DNA of 64,000 nt from the human T2T-CHM13v2.0 reference genome, Homo sapiens, in NCBI RefSeq assembly GCF_009914755.1, contig NC_060941.1; one strand, 5' to 3'. Shown here piece after piece: positions 46,288 through 61,229 of this stretch. Position numbers and translations under genes: made by a program. Position 1 is the first letter of the stretch. Every line of letters starts with the position of its first letter. The notes below the pieces were generated by a model. The model was given only the letters and a program-made list of their open reading frames with translations. It made no database searches and was not told the DNA's origin.

Positions 46288-47187
46288 TGTTCTTCACTCT
46301 TATAGTCCTGAACTATGCAATGGAGGTGCAATTGGAGGTGAAAACCCCAATAGCAACCTTATTTATTTACCTTAAGGGAGCAGAAAAAGCTGTCCCTGTA
46401 GTCTGAATAATGTGAGCAGATGTCTATTTTATTTCTTTTTTTTTCTCTTGTTTTGCTTTGAAGGCAGGCCTCAGTGACAGAGAAGCATGAAATTGTCAGT
46501 GCAGGCAGCTAAAACTCAGACAGAAGTCTTATCTTCCCAGCCAGAGCAACCAGGAAAAAAAACAGTCTATGAGTTCATGGGGGTGTGGGGGCATCACAGA
46601 GAGCAGATGGCTGAAGAAGACAATGCCTAATTCTGTGTCTGGACCCCCAAAGGTCCAAGGCTTATCTCTGAGCAGCACATCTGAGAGATACATCTGAGAG
46701 ATAGACCAAACAACATAGCAAAGGCCTTGAGAACTGAATGAAGATTTAAACCATTGCCCAAGTTTCAGGCTAATCCCTGAGTGGTGCATCTACGGGACAG
46801 ACCCAAAGCAGCACAGCACAGCCTTTGACAGCAGAGCTGAGTTTAAGATCACTGAACACAAAAAGTGAGACCAACATGCATTATAAATCCAACTGCATTT
46901 ATTGCTGGCTACAACAAATGAACATAACCCAATAGATTTTTATCAAAATCTAGAGCTTAAGCAACATAATTTTAAAAATGTCCAGGATATAATTCAAAAT
47001 TAGTCCATAAAGAAAGAAGCAGAAAAAGGTGACTAATTCTCAAGAGAAAAGATAATTAATCGATTAAATTTCTAGCTTAAATAAATGTTGGAAGCATCAG
47101 ACAAAGTATTGGTAAACACACTTGAAATGAACAGAAAGAAATTCTAATCTGAGAAATAGAAATGATTCCAAGGCAAATAAAGCAGTA

Positions 47188-47463
47188 GCCTGTGAGTGTA
47201 ATGCCAGCACTTTGGGAGGCTGAGGTGAGAGAATTGCTTGAGCCCAGGAGTTCCAGACCAGCCTGGGCAACATGGTGAAACCTCATCTGTATAAAAAATA
47301 CAAAAATTAGCCAGGCACGGTGGCATGCACCTGTAGTCCCAGCTACTTAGGAGGCTGAGGTGGGAGGATCACTTGAGCTTGGGACGCAGAGGTTTCAGTG
47401 AGCTGAGATTGTGTCACTGAACTCCAGCCCAGGCAACGGAGCCCCTGTTAAAAAAAAAAAAAA
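47188..47463 (+). mobile_element. AluJ, slightly 5'-truncated
   Basis: TTGCTTGAGCCCAGGAGTT, GGAGGATCACTTGAG. Confidence 0.88.
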
Positions 47464-49560
47464 GGCAATAAAAATTCCATAACTGTAAAAGACAATATCT
47501 AAAGTAAAACAGCCACCATATAGACCCAATTCCAGAATGGGCATGAGAAAAAATGTCAGTGAATTTGAAGCTAGATTAATAGAAATTATTCAATATGAAG
47601 AAAAGGGAGATTAATTTATTAGGATACTAATGAACAGAGTCTCTCACACCTATAGAATAATATAAAAAATTTTCATGTATCATTGGAGTTTCAGAATGAT
47701 AGGAAAAAGGTTGATTGAGAGAATATGTCTAAGGTAATAATGGTTTAAAACTCCCCAAATATGGGGGAAGACAAACATTTACAGATTCAAGAAGTTCAGC
47801 AAACCCCAAACTGAATAAATGCAAAGGAATCCATGCCCAGACATATCATAGTCAAAATGCTGGGACAAAAATACAAACAAAGACAAAAATATCTCGAAAG
47901 AAGCTAGTGAAAAATGACATGTTGTATGCAAGAGAAAACGCAATCTGAATGAACAAAAATCATTGGGACCAGTAAGCCAGTGGCACATAACAAAAGATAG
48001 AAAACAAAACACAAACCTATTAATCCAGAATTCCCAGAGAAACTTTCTTTTAAAAATGAAGGCAAAATAAAACATATTTGATGAAGTGAAACTAAGAAAA
48101 TTCATCACTAATAAACCTGCTCTAAAATGAGTGCTAAATAAAGTTCTTTAGAATGAAGAGAAACAATAAAGAATAAACAGTAAAAGTGACAAATGTCTAG
48201 GTCAATATTAGAATGAGTTTTTCTCCTCTTGAGTTCTTTAAGGTCTGCATTACTCTTGAAAACAAAATCTACAACATTTTCTGATTTGCTTTTCAGTATA
48301 TGTAGATATACGTTTGACGAATGTAAGTGGGAGGGTAAAGGCATCTATATATTAGGAAGGCTTCTACATTTTACTTGAAATATTAAATTATTAACTCTAG
48401 ATCTAACCATGAAAGGTTAGATGTATATAGTAAAACTTAGAGTAGCCACTATACAAATTTATATAATGAGGTATAAATAAAAGCTTAGTAGATAAACTAA
48501 ATGGAATATTAAAATACTCAAACAATTTTTTAAAAGGCAGAAAAGGGAAACTGAGGGGGAAAAACAGCAGAGACAAGAGAAAACAAATAATAAAATTATA
48601 GGCCTAAATTCAACCATATCAATAAATACATTAAATGTAAATGACCTGAACAAATTAATTAACAGATTGTCTAATTGAATTAAAAAAGAGATAATTCCCA
48701 ACTATATGATGCCTACACTTTAAATATCAAGACATAGATAGGTTAGAAGCAAAAGGAAGAAAACATAAACAACCTTTTTTCCCAGGAATTGCTATAAGAA
48801 GTACACAGAAAACCAGTAAGACTATAGAATTCCAGAACAACACTATCAATCAACTTATCTAATGTTTATTGAATACTCCACCCAACAACAGCAGAAAACA
48901 TGTTTTTTCCAAGCACATAGGAAACAGTTACCAAGATAGTTCAAGATGGACCATAAAACAAGTCTTAGCATATTTAAAATAATTGAAATTAATCAAACTG
49001 TGCTCTCTGATGGAATTAAACCTGAAATGAATTACAGAAAAGTATACGGAAATTTTTTAAATATTTGGGAATTTAAAAAGACTACCATGGTCAAAGAGGA
49101 ATTTTCAGAGAAAATTAGAAAATATTAGGAATGAGATGAAATGAAAATACAACATATCAAAACTTGAGGACTGAGCTACAGCATTGCCCAGGGGGAAATT
49201 TATAAACTAAATACCTGTATTAGAAAAGAAGAAATAGCTGTAATCAATAACCTGAGCTTCTACTATAAGAAATTACAAGAGTAAATTAAAACCAAAGAAG
49301 CAGAAGAAAGGCAATAATGATTACACTGAAAATCAATAAAACAACAGTGAAAAACAGTGGAGAAAATCTATAAAAGCAAAGGTTGATTCTTTGAAGAGAT
49401 CAACAAATTGATAAACGCTTAGCTAAAATGACTGATTAAAGAGCAAAGCCACCTATTAGCAAAATCAGGGATGAAAAAGGAGACATCACTATGAACTCCG
49501 CAGAAAATAAAATGATTATCAAGAAATACTGTAAAAAATTCGTGCCAAAAACTTGGCAAT

Positions 49561-50352
49561 ATTTCATGGCCTTTAAAATAAAATTTATTTTGCATATTTA
49601 AGGTATATCACATGATGTTACTGGTTAAATGTGGATAGTAAAATGGTTACTATAGAAAAGCTAATTACCATATCCATCATCTCACATGGTTACCTTTGGT
49701 GTTTTTGTTTTTGTTTTTTGTGGCAAGAGAGCTAACATCTACTCATTTAGCAGATAGAGGAAGCGGCCATGACCTAAGAAAACCAGGCAGCCTCTGGAAG
49801 ATGGAAAAAGCAAAGACACAGATTCTTCCCTGGAGTCTCCAACATGCACTGCTGACACTTTAATTTAATCCCAGTGAAACTCGTTGGGACTTCTGGCTTC
49901 CCGAACTGTAAAATTACAAAGTTGTCTTTGTTTTAAGCCACTAAGGTTGTGATAATTTGTTGTAGCAACAATAGGAAACTAATCCACCATCCAACAATGC
50001 ATTTTGTTCAACATGTTTTCATTTTGGTGAAAAATATTTTTCACAGGAAAAAGTACTGGGAGAATATACATTGAAGGATGTCCCATATTTATCAATGAGT
50101 AAGATCTTGATTGTATCATTTGCTAGGTTTTCTATAATAGACATATATTTCTTCTATAAAAATAAATTTTTAAAGAAGAAAATGTAGTTTCTGTGAATTT
50201 AGTCAAGATACTCAAATGTAATGATGAAATATATGTACTCTATATCTTTTCTTAAAAAAATTGAGAAAGAACATTATTGATTATTGTAATAGAGTAACCC
50301 TTTTTAGAAAAAAGAGCTTAAATAAAATAGCAGCTTAGAACACACTAAATTT
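49561..50352 (+). mobile_element. TSD-flanked chimeric insert (L1MA piece, MLT1D piece and unique DNA); candidate orphan L1 transduction
   Basis: Flanks AAAAACTTGGCAAT (49547-49560) and AAAAATTTGACAAT (50353-50366). AATAAA at 50321. Host L1 ORF2 is continuous across the insert. Confidence 0.65.
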
Positions 50353-50624
50353 AAAAATTTGACAATTTAGATAAAATGGGCAAATTACTAGAAAGATGCA
50401 AATTATTGTTACCAACTCAAGAAGAAAGAGAAAAATATGAATGTACCTATAACAAGTAAAGCAACTGAATTAGTAATTAAAAATCTTCTTATGAAGGAAA
50501 CTCCTGGCTCAGATGTCTTTGCTTGTGAGTTACACTGAAGATTTAAGAAAAAAAAACAACAAAAAACCAAAAACGAATTATACCCTAAGTCTTTCAGAAA
50601 ATAAAGGGTGAAAGAATACTTCTC

Positions 50625-50955
<331 letters not shown>

Positions 50956-51255
50956 TTATAAGGCCAACATTACCATGATACCAAAACCAGACATGGACAT
51001 TTCAAAAAATGAACACTATAGACCAATATCACTCATAAACATAGATGTAAAAATTCTGAAGAAAATACTAGCAAAGTGAATCCAGTGCTATATAAAAAGG
51101 ATAATATATCATGACCTACCGGGGTTTATGCCAAATATATAAGCTGGTTCAATATGCAAAAATCAATCAATGAACTTCATCATATCAACAGCTTGGAGAA
51201 GGAAAACCATATGATCTTCTGGATAATACTTAACACCTGTTCATGGTACAAACTC

Positions 51256-51549
51256 TTTTTTTTTTTTTTTTTTTGAGAGAGAGTCTCACTCTGTCGTCCA
51301 GGCTGGAGTGCAGTGCACGATCTCGGCTTACTGTAACCTCTGCCTGTAGCGATTCTTGTGCCTCAGCCTCCAGAGTAGCTGGGATTATAGGCACGCACCA
51401 CCACTCCCAGCTAATTTTTTGTATTTTTAGTAGAGGCAGGGTTTCATCATGTTGCCCAGGCTGGTCTTGAACTCCTGAGCTCAGGCAATCTACCCACCTT
51501 GGCCTCCCAAAGTGCTAGGATTACAGGCATGAGCCACCCCGCCTTGCCC
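51256..51549 (-). mobile_element. AluS with right-arm deletion
   Basis: TSD CATGGTACAAACTCTTT/CATGATAAAAACTCTTT. Confidence 0.9.
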
Positions 51550-52388
51550 CATGATAAAAACTCTTTATGTAAACCAGGGGTAGGATGAAACTTTCTTATA
51601 TAAGATAAAGAGCATATACTAAAAGGTGGCCTGGCGCTTACATCATACTTGATGATAGAATGTTCTCCCTCTAATATTAAAAACAAGACAAGGATATCTG
51701 CTCTCACCATTCCTAATCCACCTCATACTGGAGGTCCTTGCCAGTGCAATTATGTAAGCAAAATAAATAAAAAGCATGTAGCTTGGAAAGGAAGAACTAG
51801 CCATGTTTATATTTGCAGACAACATGATTGCCTGTGTAGAGAAGTCTAAAGAATCTTCAAAAGGGTACTAAAAGTCATAATGAGCCTGGCAAGATTGCAG
51901 GATACAAAGTCAATGTGCAAAAATCAACATATTTCAATATATTAGCATTGAAAAAATATAAATTTAAATTTAAAAAATAAAATTTATAATAGTACCAAAG
52001 CATTAAATACTTAGGTATTTCAGTTGCACATGATGATTTCTAACTTTAATTTGTTAATTTATTTTTCCAGAAAATATTTATGAGCATATAACAGCCCAAG
52101 CTTGATAAATGGTTGAGTAGGCCTGAATAGGAATTGTTTGGATGGGAACTTTTACCCAATCCATAGAGTAAGATGGAACTGGAAGTGTAAACACGGGAGC
52201 TAATTTCATTAGTTGTTTTTCAAGAAGAGACATTTTATCTTTTGAAGGTAGATTTAAAGTCAGGAATTCAAGTCTGGGAAGGCAGTCCAATAAGACAATG
52301 GCGAAAAAATTGAATCCGTGACCCAGAGTAGAGATTTTCAGACTGTGTTCCATAGATCCACAAGGTTCTGCAGAACTGCCTCAGGGTC

Positions 52389-52590
52389 GTGTGTGTATGT
52401 GTGCGTGTAAATGTGAGCAAATAAGGTGTGTGCATATGAGTGTATTTGTATAAATGAGGATGTACATGTGATTGTGTATGTGTAAGTGTGAACAGGAGTG
52501 TGCAAATGCAAGTGTGCATAAATGTGAGCAAATAGTTGTGTGTGTGTAAATGGGTGAATGAGGATGTGACTGTGTGCATGCATGTGTGCA
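52389..52590 (+). repeat. Degenerate (TG)n-rich low-complexity tract
   Basis: Directly visible, with recurring TAAATGTGAGCAAATA unit. Confidence 0.8.
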
Positions 52591-53550
52591 CTGGGGAGGG
52601 GGAAGAATGCCTACTTAGATTCTGCCTGCACTTTCCTTTCTCCCACGATCTCAGAGCAGTTTTGCTTGGTTGATAATTTACTGGAGTTCCATGTAAGATT
52701 TTTCTTGGAAAAGTTTTGTGGCTAAAAATAAATATGAAAACCTCTGATCAATTAAGCAAAGAAAAGATCACAACAATGAACAAGGATCCCCAATTGCAGG
52801 CAGCAGGTAGACAGCAAAGTTCTGCTCAAGAAGCTGGCATTGGACAGAGCCGGAAGAATTTTTCCATGACCTTATCAGGGGTAATTTGGGCTTTGAGGAC
52901 GGGAACCTTAACTACTAAGGATCTAACGGACTGGTAGGGAGTTTAGTTGTTGATAGGAAAATTACAGGGAACTAGTTAGTAACGTCATTGAGGCAAGAAC
53001 ACATTTTGTGTTAAATTGGGCTGTAAAGGTCTGAACCATAACCATGGGAAATATGATCCAGTAGACTATGACTTGAGAGTGGCTTTGGTCCCAGACAACA
53101 GGATGGGGACAAATTTGCAGTAGGGTAATACCCCTATGCAATGCCCTTCAGGGGGTGGTTTTTGGAATAGTTCGTTGAGCATCACCTCGGCTATTTGTTT
53201 AAAATGCAGATCCTGTGCTCCTCCATCAACCTACTGAATCAGGACCTCAGGCTGGGATCCAGAAACCTGATCTTTTTAACAGAGTGCATACTGGTGAATC
53301 TGATACCCTCTCGAGTGTGGAACAACTTGCCAAGTTTTTCAGAATTCCTTGTTGCTAAGAATCATGCTGGTGCTTGTTAAACATTCAGCCTTTTAGGCCC
53401 TTTTACTAAAGATGCTGAGTGGAGATGAAACCGGGTGATTTATATGTTGAGTTATTCTTATCATAGTTAATACCAGTGAGGAATATTGAGGTAAGAGGCA
53501 AATTTGGAAAATTTCTGGCATTTATTGAAGAACTATTATAGGTAACTCAC

Positions 53551-53590
53551 AAATAATATTAAAAATTATTTTCAGGTTTTCTTCCTCTCA
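53551..53590 (-). pseudogene. exon relic E6
   Basis: CTGTTCCTAG acceptor, TTT|GTGAGT donor. *EEENLKIIFNII. Confidence 0.35.
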
Positions 53591-53980
53591 CTAGGAACAG
53601 TTTCATGAAAGTGTCATCATGAACAGTTCCATGAGTATGAGACAAAAATCAGGTGTGACATAAAGTGTGGGTTTTGGTAGAGACGACTAGGGGCCTACTT
53701 GCCATTATTTGCATAAATATGCCGTATCATTTGCAAGTTAAATCAGCTCATATCAAATGCCATTGATTTCCATTTTTGCACAGAAAACCATTGATTAACC
53801 TCAAGGGATTCTTCACTTAGGTATAACCCACACATATTAGAATGTTTTTTGTGCATTTCCCTTGGAAATTTACTGGATAAAAGTAAGGGCTATTTCCAAA
53901 AGGAGTTTTGGATGTATGCTCCTTTGTTTCATATGTAAGTGGGATGCACTGAAGTAAACATTTCTTTTTGCCACACTTCA

Positions 53981-54643
53981 TTTTATTTTATTTTAATTTC
54001 TGGGGTACATGTGCAGGATGTGCAGGTTTGTTATATAGGTAAATGTGTGTCATGGTGGTTTGTTGTACCTATCAACCCATCACCTAGGTATTAAGCCCAG
54101 CGTGCATTAGCTATTTTTCCTGATGCTCTCCCTCCTCCTACCTCCCCGCAACAGGCCCCAGTATGTGTTGTTCCCCTCCCTGTGTCCACATGTTCTCATT
54201 GTTCAGCTCCCTCTTATAAATGAGAACATGTGGTGTTTGGTTTTCTGTTTCTGTTAGTTTGCTGAGGATAACGGCTTCCAGCTCCATCCATGTTCCTGCA
54301 AAGGACATGATCTTGTTCCTTTTTATGACTGCATAGTATTCCATGGCATATACATACCACATTTTCTTTATCTAGTTTATCATTGATGGGCATTTGGATT
54401 GATTCCATGTCTTTGCTGTTGTGAATAGTGCTGCAGTGAACATAGCTGTGCATGTATCTTTATAATAGAATGATTTACATTTTTTGGGGTATATACCCAG
54501 TAATGGGATTGCTGGGTCAAATGGTATTTCTGGTTCTAGGTCTTTCAGGAATCGCCACACTGTCTTCCACAATGGTTGAACTAATTTACATTCCCAACAA
54601 GAGTGTAAAAGTGTTCTTATTTCTCCACAGCCCCACCAGCATG
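53981..54643 (-). mobile_element. L1PA (PA8-PA11-like) 3' end
   Basis: ORF2 C-terminus in track 54372..54647 (LVQPLWKTVWRFLKDLEPEIPFDP). TSD GCCACACTTC/GCCATGCTTC. Confidence 0.92.
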
Positions 54644-54659
54644 CCATGCTTCTTAAACA

Positions 54660-54812
54660 TTAAGGTGCATATGAATCACATTGAGTTCTTGATAAAATAC
54701 AGATTCTGATTTAATGGGGCTGAGGTGGGGGACGAGATTCTGCATTTCTATTCAACCCCCAGGTGATGCCAATGCTACTGGTCCTCAGACTACCCTTCCA
54801 ACAGCAAGGGAC
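54660..54812. mobile_element. MER5A
   Basis: GATTCTGCATTTCTA...CCCCAGGTGATGCC. Confidence 0.65.
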
Positions 54813-54882
54813 TATAATACAGCATTCTATCCCAGGAGAGGTGACTGATAAACTATATATTGCTGCTGTCTGTGAGGGCCAT

Positions 54883-54990
54883 TAAGGAAACTCAAATTCT
54901 GTATGAATTTCACTCAACAGAAGTTGAATGAATGCGTAAGGAAATTCGAATTTTGTATGACTTTCACTCAACAGAAGATGAATGAAAATG
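54883..54990 (+). repeat. 54-nt tandem duplication
   Basis: TAAGGAAA.TC.AATT.TGTATGA.TTTCACTCAACAGAAG.TGAATGAA occurs twice. Confidence 0.85.
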
Positions 54991-54998
54991 TACCTTAC

Positions 54999-55094
54999 CT
55001 TAAAGAACCACAGACAGGAGCAGAAAGTGCAGTCAGAAAGTTAACACAATATTATGCAATTTCCCAGAGCTTTGAACAAGTGCTTTGAGCAAGC
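54999..55094 (-). pseudogene. exon relic E5
   Basis: AAG|GTAAGG donor, weak acceptor. 96 nt, ACSKHLFKALGNCIILC*LSDCTFCSCLWFFK. Confidence 0.4.
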
Positions 55095-55777
55095 CTTGCC
55101 AATAGAAATCTCAGCAGGGAATTAGCAGGTGCTGCCTCTACAGATGGTCTGAGAAAGTGATGTTGGGTCACGCCACCACTGAGTGCCCTGGGAACTCTGA
55201 ATGGGGAGAGCAACCACTGAGCACAATGATTGAGATCCAAATGCAGTATATCTACACCCTCCAATTGCCCAAGCAGTATAGTTTCCTGGGACCGAGGAGG
55301 AAGCCAATGCTTTTGTCTGGGGCAATGAACCGGGAGATTTGGGGCTTCTCACTATTCCTGAATAACTGTGAATTTGGAATGATACTTTCATCGCACCATG
55401 AAACCTGGCTACGTTGGAAGCCTAGAAACACTTGTGTATAGTTACAGGGTGGGAATGGGTAGAGAAGAGAGCCTACATGGTGTCAACGTGGAGACCCCTA
55501 GTAAACTGAGCTTTTGATTTCCACCCTGGACAATGAGGGCCACATAAGCAATACTCTTCTAATACAATCAATGAACTTTCAGAGTTCCCTTAAAAATTGT
55601 TACCATTGTAAATTTGACTTGACCTTTTTTCTTCATGACTGCCGCAATTAAGCCTCAACTGTCCATACTTCTTTCTGGGTTGGGGGAATTAGTTTCATGC
55701 AGCTAGTTTTTCACTGTATTCCTTCTAGTGAATATTGTAAAGTTTTATTTCTCTTCTACAGAATAGAATGTGCTTAC

Positions 55778-55835
55778 CTCAATGTCCTTGGCTGCAAAAC
55801 TTAGATGAGTTTTTATCTCAATAGATTATTAGCTT
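55778..55835 (-). pseudogene. exon relic E4 (donor only)
   Basis: GAG|GTAAGC donor preceded by SIEIKTHLSFAAKDIE. Confidence 0.35.
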
Positions 55836-56173
55836 TTCCATAGAAAGTTTAAAATTCAAATTATGCAACATGACAGAGTACAAAAGCTGAGAAAATTTAA
55901 TGCAGCAAAGTCTATCTTCAAATTTCCTATTATTTAGTAATTTTAAGTACATGTTAATTAAAGAATTTTAGATTTTGGAATTGTTATTTTCTAATGAAAT
56001 TTGAATATTTGGAATAAAGGGACTGAAGATTAGGAGTCTGAAGTGAGATGTCACATTGCAGTTTCTTTAGTAAACATACAATTTTTATAACTCTATTCAT
56101 GATTTTTATTGATAATTATTGAAAGAAAATACCTCTCTCTCTCTCTGTCTCTGTCTCTCGTTCTATCACTTAT

Positions 56174-56297
56174 TCTTCTTAGTCCTTTGGCAGAAAAGAA
56201 AACCCAGAGGTCGGAAAATAGGAACTTCAGGTTTGGAGTTATACAGAGCCAAGTCTTTAACTGTGACTGGATGGTTTTTTAGGTTTACGTTTATTTC
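56174..56297 (-). pseudogene. exon relic E3 (open; donor mutated GT to AT)
   Basis: ACTTTGCAG|G acceptor. EINVNLKNHPVTVKDLALYNSKPEVPIFRPLGFLFCQRTKK followed by A|ATAAGT. Confidence 0.5.
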
Positions 56298-57110
56298 CTG
56301 CAAAGTGTTTCTATGCCAATTTCACTGTCTTTGAGTAGTTAAATGGCTTTCTGCAAGTAGTCAATGTGGGTAAATTTCCTTGGAATTAGTCTGGGGAAGT
56401 TAAGATCAGTTGTACTGCTGATGGCTTATCAGTGTCCTAGCAGGAAAATGTGTTCCTGATGAGTAAGCCATTGAGCTTGTTCAAGGCATCCAAGTTGGCC
56501 CAGACAGATGGTTAGTGGCAGATAAGATACATTAAGAAGGTGCTGATTCTATTGCCTTGGAATTTTTTGAAACAAATTTTGTGTTCAAAGGAAAAACAAA
56601 CAGGCAAATGAACAAACAGCAAAACCAGAAACAAGAACAAACTAGTCTCTTAATATACAAAATCAAAGGAAAATAAGTCAAAGAGATGAATATGTGCATT
56701 ATTTCTTTTAGTCTAACTCTCCAGATGGCAATTTTGTATCAGTGTTATTGAGAGCATGAGCTCACCAAATTGATATCCCACAAGGGGACATCACACTAGG
56801 ACATCCTACTGAGACCTTCCCTTCCAGGAGACATTGGTTGACCTATTTGCTCAGACTTGAGGCTGAAGGTTAAACATCACATAGAGAGTTCTTACACATC
56901 AATTTAAAAGTTTGTTGGAAATAGAGTACAGACATGCAGGAAATGTGGAATTACTATTAAACATTTGAAAAAATGTTCACTCTGACAAGCAAGTAATTCT
57001 AATGAAAGTAATATGACAGCATTATTTTTGGGCCCATTAAAGTAAATAGCGTAAACAGGAAGAATATATTCAATAATGATACCCATTGAAATCAAGTGCC
57101 CAATTAATGA

Positions 57111-57522
<412 letters not shown>

Positions 57523-57667
57523 AAATTGGTATAACTTTCTAAAGGCCAATTTGGTAATATACGCATTCAGAATTTCAACTCTTTATATTATTTTACCTAT
57601 CCTAAAACATAAACATGATCATGGTTTTCTGCATTATAATCCTCTGTTGGTTCCCTCTTAATTAAAG

Positions 57668-57981
57668 CAGGGATCATCAAACTTTTTCTGTAAAGGGCAA
57701 GATAGAAAATATTTTAGGGCTTGCGGGCCACGTCGTCTCTATTTCAATTACTCAGCTCTGCTGTCATGCACAAAACAGCCATAGAATACAGGTAAACTGT
57801 GCTCAAAGAAAATTTATTTATAGACACTGAAATTTGGATTTCATATAATTCTCACATCTTACTAGATACTATTCTTATGTTTTTTCCAACCATTAAAGAC
57901 TGTAAAAACCATTCTTAGCTTATGGTTCCCAAACAGGTGGCAGGCTGGATTTGGGCCTCTGGCTCCAGTTTGCTGACCTAT
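57668..57981. mobile_element. MER58B (hAT-Charlie)
   Basis: CAAACTTTTTTCTGTAAAGGG...GGCTGGATTTGG...AGTTTGCTGACC. Confidence 0.8.
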
Positions 57982-58847
57982 AGCTTAAAGCATAAATCCC
58001 CCAACCACCAAATCCTTTACAACGTTCTCCCCAAACAAGTTATGCACTTGCATATCACCTGCAGCTGTGTGCTTATGTCTGCCTTTCGCTTTGCCTAGAA
58101 TGTCATCTCCATTGCCACCTTCCTGAAATTATTTTTATTACCTATGTTGACTTAGAGATGAGCTTTGTCTCCACCACCTGGGACAGAGGGTGCCAGGCCT
58201 GAATAGATCTTTTCTGATCACCAAATCTCCCCTTAATAAAAGTAGAGAAGTGCTTTAGTGTATTCTTCTATAAAACAAAGAAACAAAATCTTTAAAATGT
58301 AAATACCAGATTAAAGCAGGATTTTTGGTATGATTTAGTGTGAATCAAAGTATATCCAATTTGACCAGTGAAAACCACTTAGATCTCTTTTGATAGCATA
58401 GGGACTGAAGATTGCAGGAGGGTGTTGGATGACTGAGTTTGTAAGAAAGATTATCAGGCAGGACAATGGGAAAACAGGTACAGAAAGGGGAAGTTGGGCA
58501 TATAAGCAAGCAACAATACATCAGGGCTTTGCATGGGGTAGACCTTGTTTATTTTCAGTTGGAGTGAGACAAATAGAGAAAGTGGTTATGCAACTGAACA
58601 ACAAAACATGTCAATTTCTCATGATTTATTACTTTTTACAAAATAATTTACTACAGTAAAATTACAGTAAATTACTGTTTATAAAGAGTAATTATCTCCT
58701 TATAAAGAGATAATAAAATTGGTCAATTACATTTCATTATAGTGTTTGTTAAAATTTATGATGTTTCAATAAATGAATTCTAAAATATCTTTTTACAAAA
58801 GCCATTTTGTGAAGTGGGTTGCTAGTCTTGAACTCAATAACCCATAC

Positions 58848-58884
58848 CTCTGAAGAGCCCAATGATATGGAACATGAGGTGATA
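58848..58884 (-). pseudogene. exon relic E2 (37-nt)
   Basis: TTATTATCAG|T acceptor, GAG|GTATGG donor. Phase 2-0, ITSCSISLGSSE. Confidence 0.45.
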
Positions 58885-59056
58885 CTGATAATAATGGTTT
58901 ATTGTGGTATACATATATATGTATTACTTACTGAATTGCTGTATGTTTTATACACATGTATATACCTTACTTAAAATAAATATCTTTGGGAAAACTAACC
59001 TTGTGAACTCTCATCTATAAAGTAATAAAATAATATTAATAGTTAATTACCAATAA

Positions 59057-59378
<322 letters not shown>

Positions 59379-59439
59379 CCTAAGTAATTGTTTCTTATGT
59401 GACAGGTACTGTCTAAATACTTCACATTCAAGATCTTTT

Positions 59440-61200
59440 TCCTTGCTTAAATATTAATCATAGAACATTCCAAACATACAAAAGAAAACAGACCACTATT
59501 GTGATCTGGCTAGTACTCAACCCCCGGCTTCAACAACTAACAATTCATGGCCAAATTCATTTTATCTCTGCACTGATACCCTCCTCCCATGTTATTTTGA
59601 AAGCAATCCTAGACATCATATTATGTCATCCGTAATATTTCTGCTTGCATCTCTAAAAGACAAGGTCTCAAAAATATAAAACCACAGTGCCATTATCTCA
59701 CTTAAAAATAATTAGCAGTAGTTTCTTAGTATCATCAAATATCTAGTCAGTGACTATTTGTATTTTAAATTTTTACAAATTCTTTGAATTCGGATCCAAA
59801 TAATTTCCATGTTACAATAGGTTGATATTTGAAGTCTTTCAAATAACTTTTAATTTATAGGCTCCCTCTCTTGCTCTCTCTCTCTGCTTCTTTCTCTCTC
59901 TCTTTGCAATTTATTCATTTAATAAACTGGGCTATTCTGTCTGTAGTCTGGATTTTGCAGATAGTATTTCACACGGCTCTGTCCTCTGAGCTTCCTATAA
60001 ATCGATAGTTATGTGTAAAGACTTCATCAAATAAATCTGAAAATTAATTGGTGGTATGGTTGTGGGCAGGGGGAGGCTTGTGGGTAGCTTTAGTTTCTTC
60101 TGGAGGGAGACTTATTTTCTTTTTATGATGTTTGTAGATGCTGTTGTTAGCAACCTACATCCTAGGTGAATTCATTGGGGTTTGAAAAATTCTTATAGTC
60201 TAATTCTAACATTTTTTTTCATGCATTAGCTAGGAACTTCTATAAAGAGAAATGCCTCATTTACAACTCTTCTTCCAAATGGTACAATTTCTATAGGAAA
60301 ATAATAAATGCTGAATTTTTTTCTATGTATTTTTTAGTTTTCAAAATAATGAGGTAGTAAGCATCATCCAACTATGATCAATTAGTGTGATTATTTATTT
60401 TGGGGAGATTATTGTGATCTCATATATTATACATACATATAAAAATGCAGGCATGCATACATGAAATACATCCTTGGGATGTGCCAATCCATTGCAGTTA
60501 TTCTCCTTATTGGTGTTCAAATTATCCCCCACTTTGACCAGCGGGAGCTGATTCGGGTGGCTCCTGAGTGCTTTTACAAGACATCTATTGTCTTCTAGAG
60601 GGTTCTTTTCATATGGTAGAATTCCAGTCTAATTTGTACATTTCCTGTTCTATATCTGTACACAACCATTTCTACAAGAAGCCCTGGTTCGTTTCAGTGG
60701 GAAAAAGTATTTGGACGCTACAGTCTAGTCTGTAGGGGTCATCATTGCTACTGGGTTGGCTTTCTTAGTCGGCAGTACTAAGAAATATATAGATATGTTT
60801 TAAAGATAAAAAATCATGAGTTTGTATCGATCTTCCAATTAAAATTCACAACTACTTGAGGTTTTCACTTAACCTATTTTGATATCACGTCTTTATCTTC
60901 TTTCTCCAATTCAGTAATCCTGTTCTCAATAATATAGGGGATTATAGAATTAGAGTATCACATAAATATTCATCTCTTTGTTCCTATAATGTACACACAA
61001 CAGTCTGGAAATAACAACATCAATGCTAATACCAACAATATAATTATAGAAAAGAGTATACAACTTTATTTTTTGGAAGTTGTCTTTGTCCTCAGCATAT
61101 TACAGCGTTAGAGTACACCCTTCCAGAATGTGCAGACAAATTGTTGTGTTTTAGAGTCACATAGTTTAGTTTCTCTGCATGTGACTATGCCACCAACTAT
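59440..61200 (-). mobile_element. L1MC4/5-type 3' region
   Basis: GTTATTTTGAAAGCAATCCTAGACATCAT, CAACCATTTCTACAAGAAGCCCTGGTT. Confidence 0.7.
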
Positions 61201-61229
61201 ATTTGTACCTGTTATATATTTAAGACTAT

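Noticed and set aside
52268-52591. His/Thr-rich ORFs
   Set aside because: Derived from the degenerate TG repeat.
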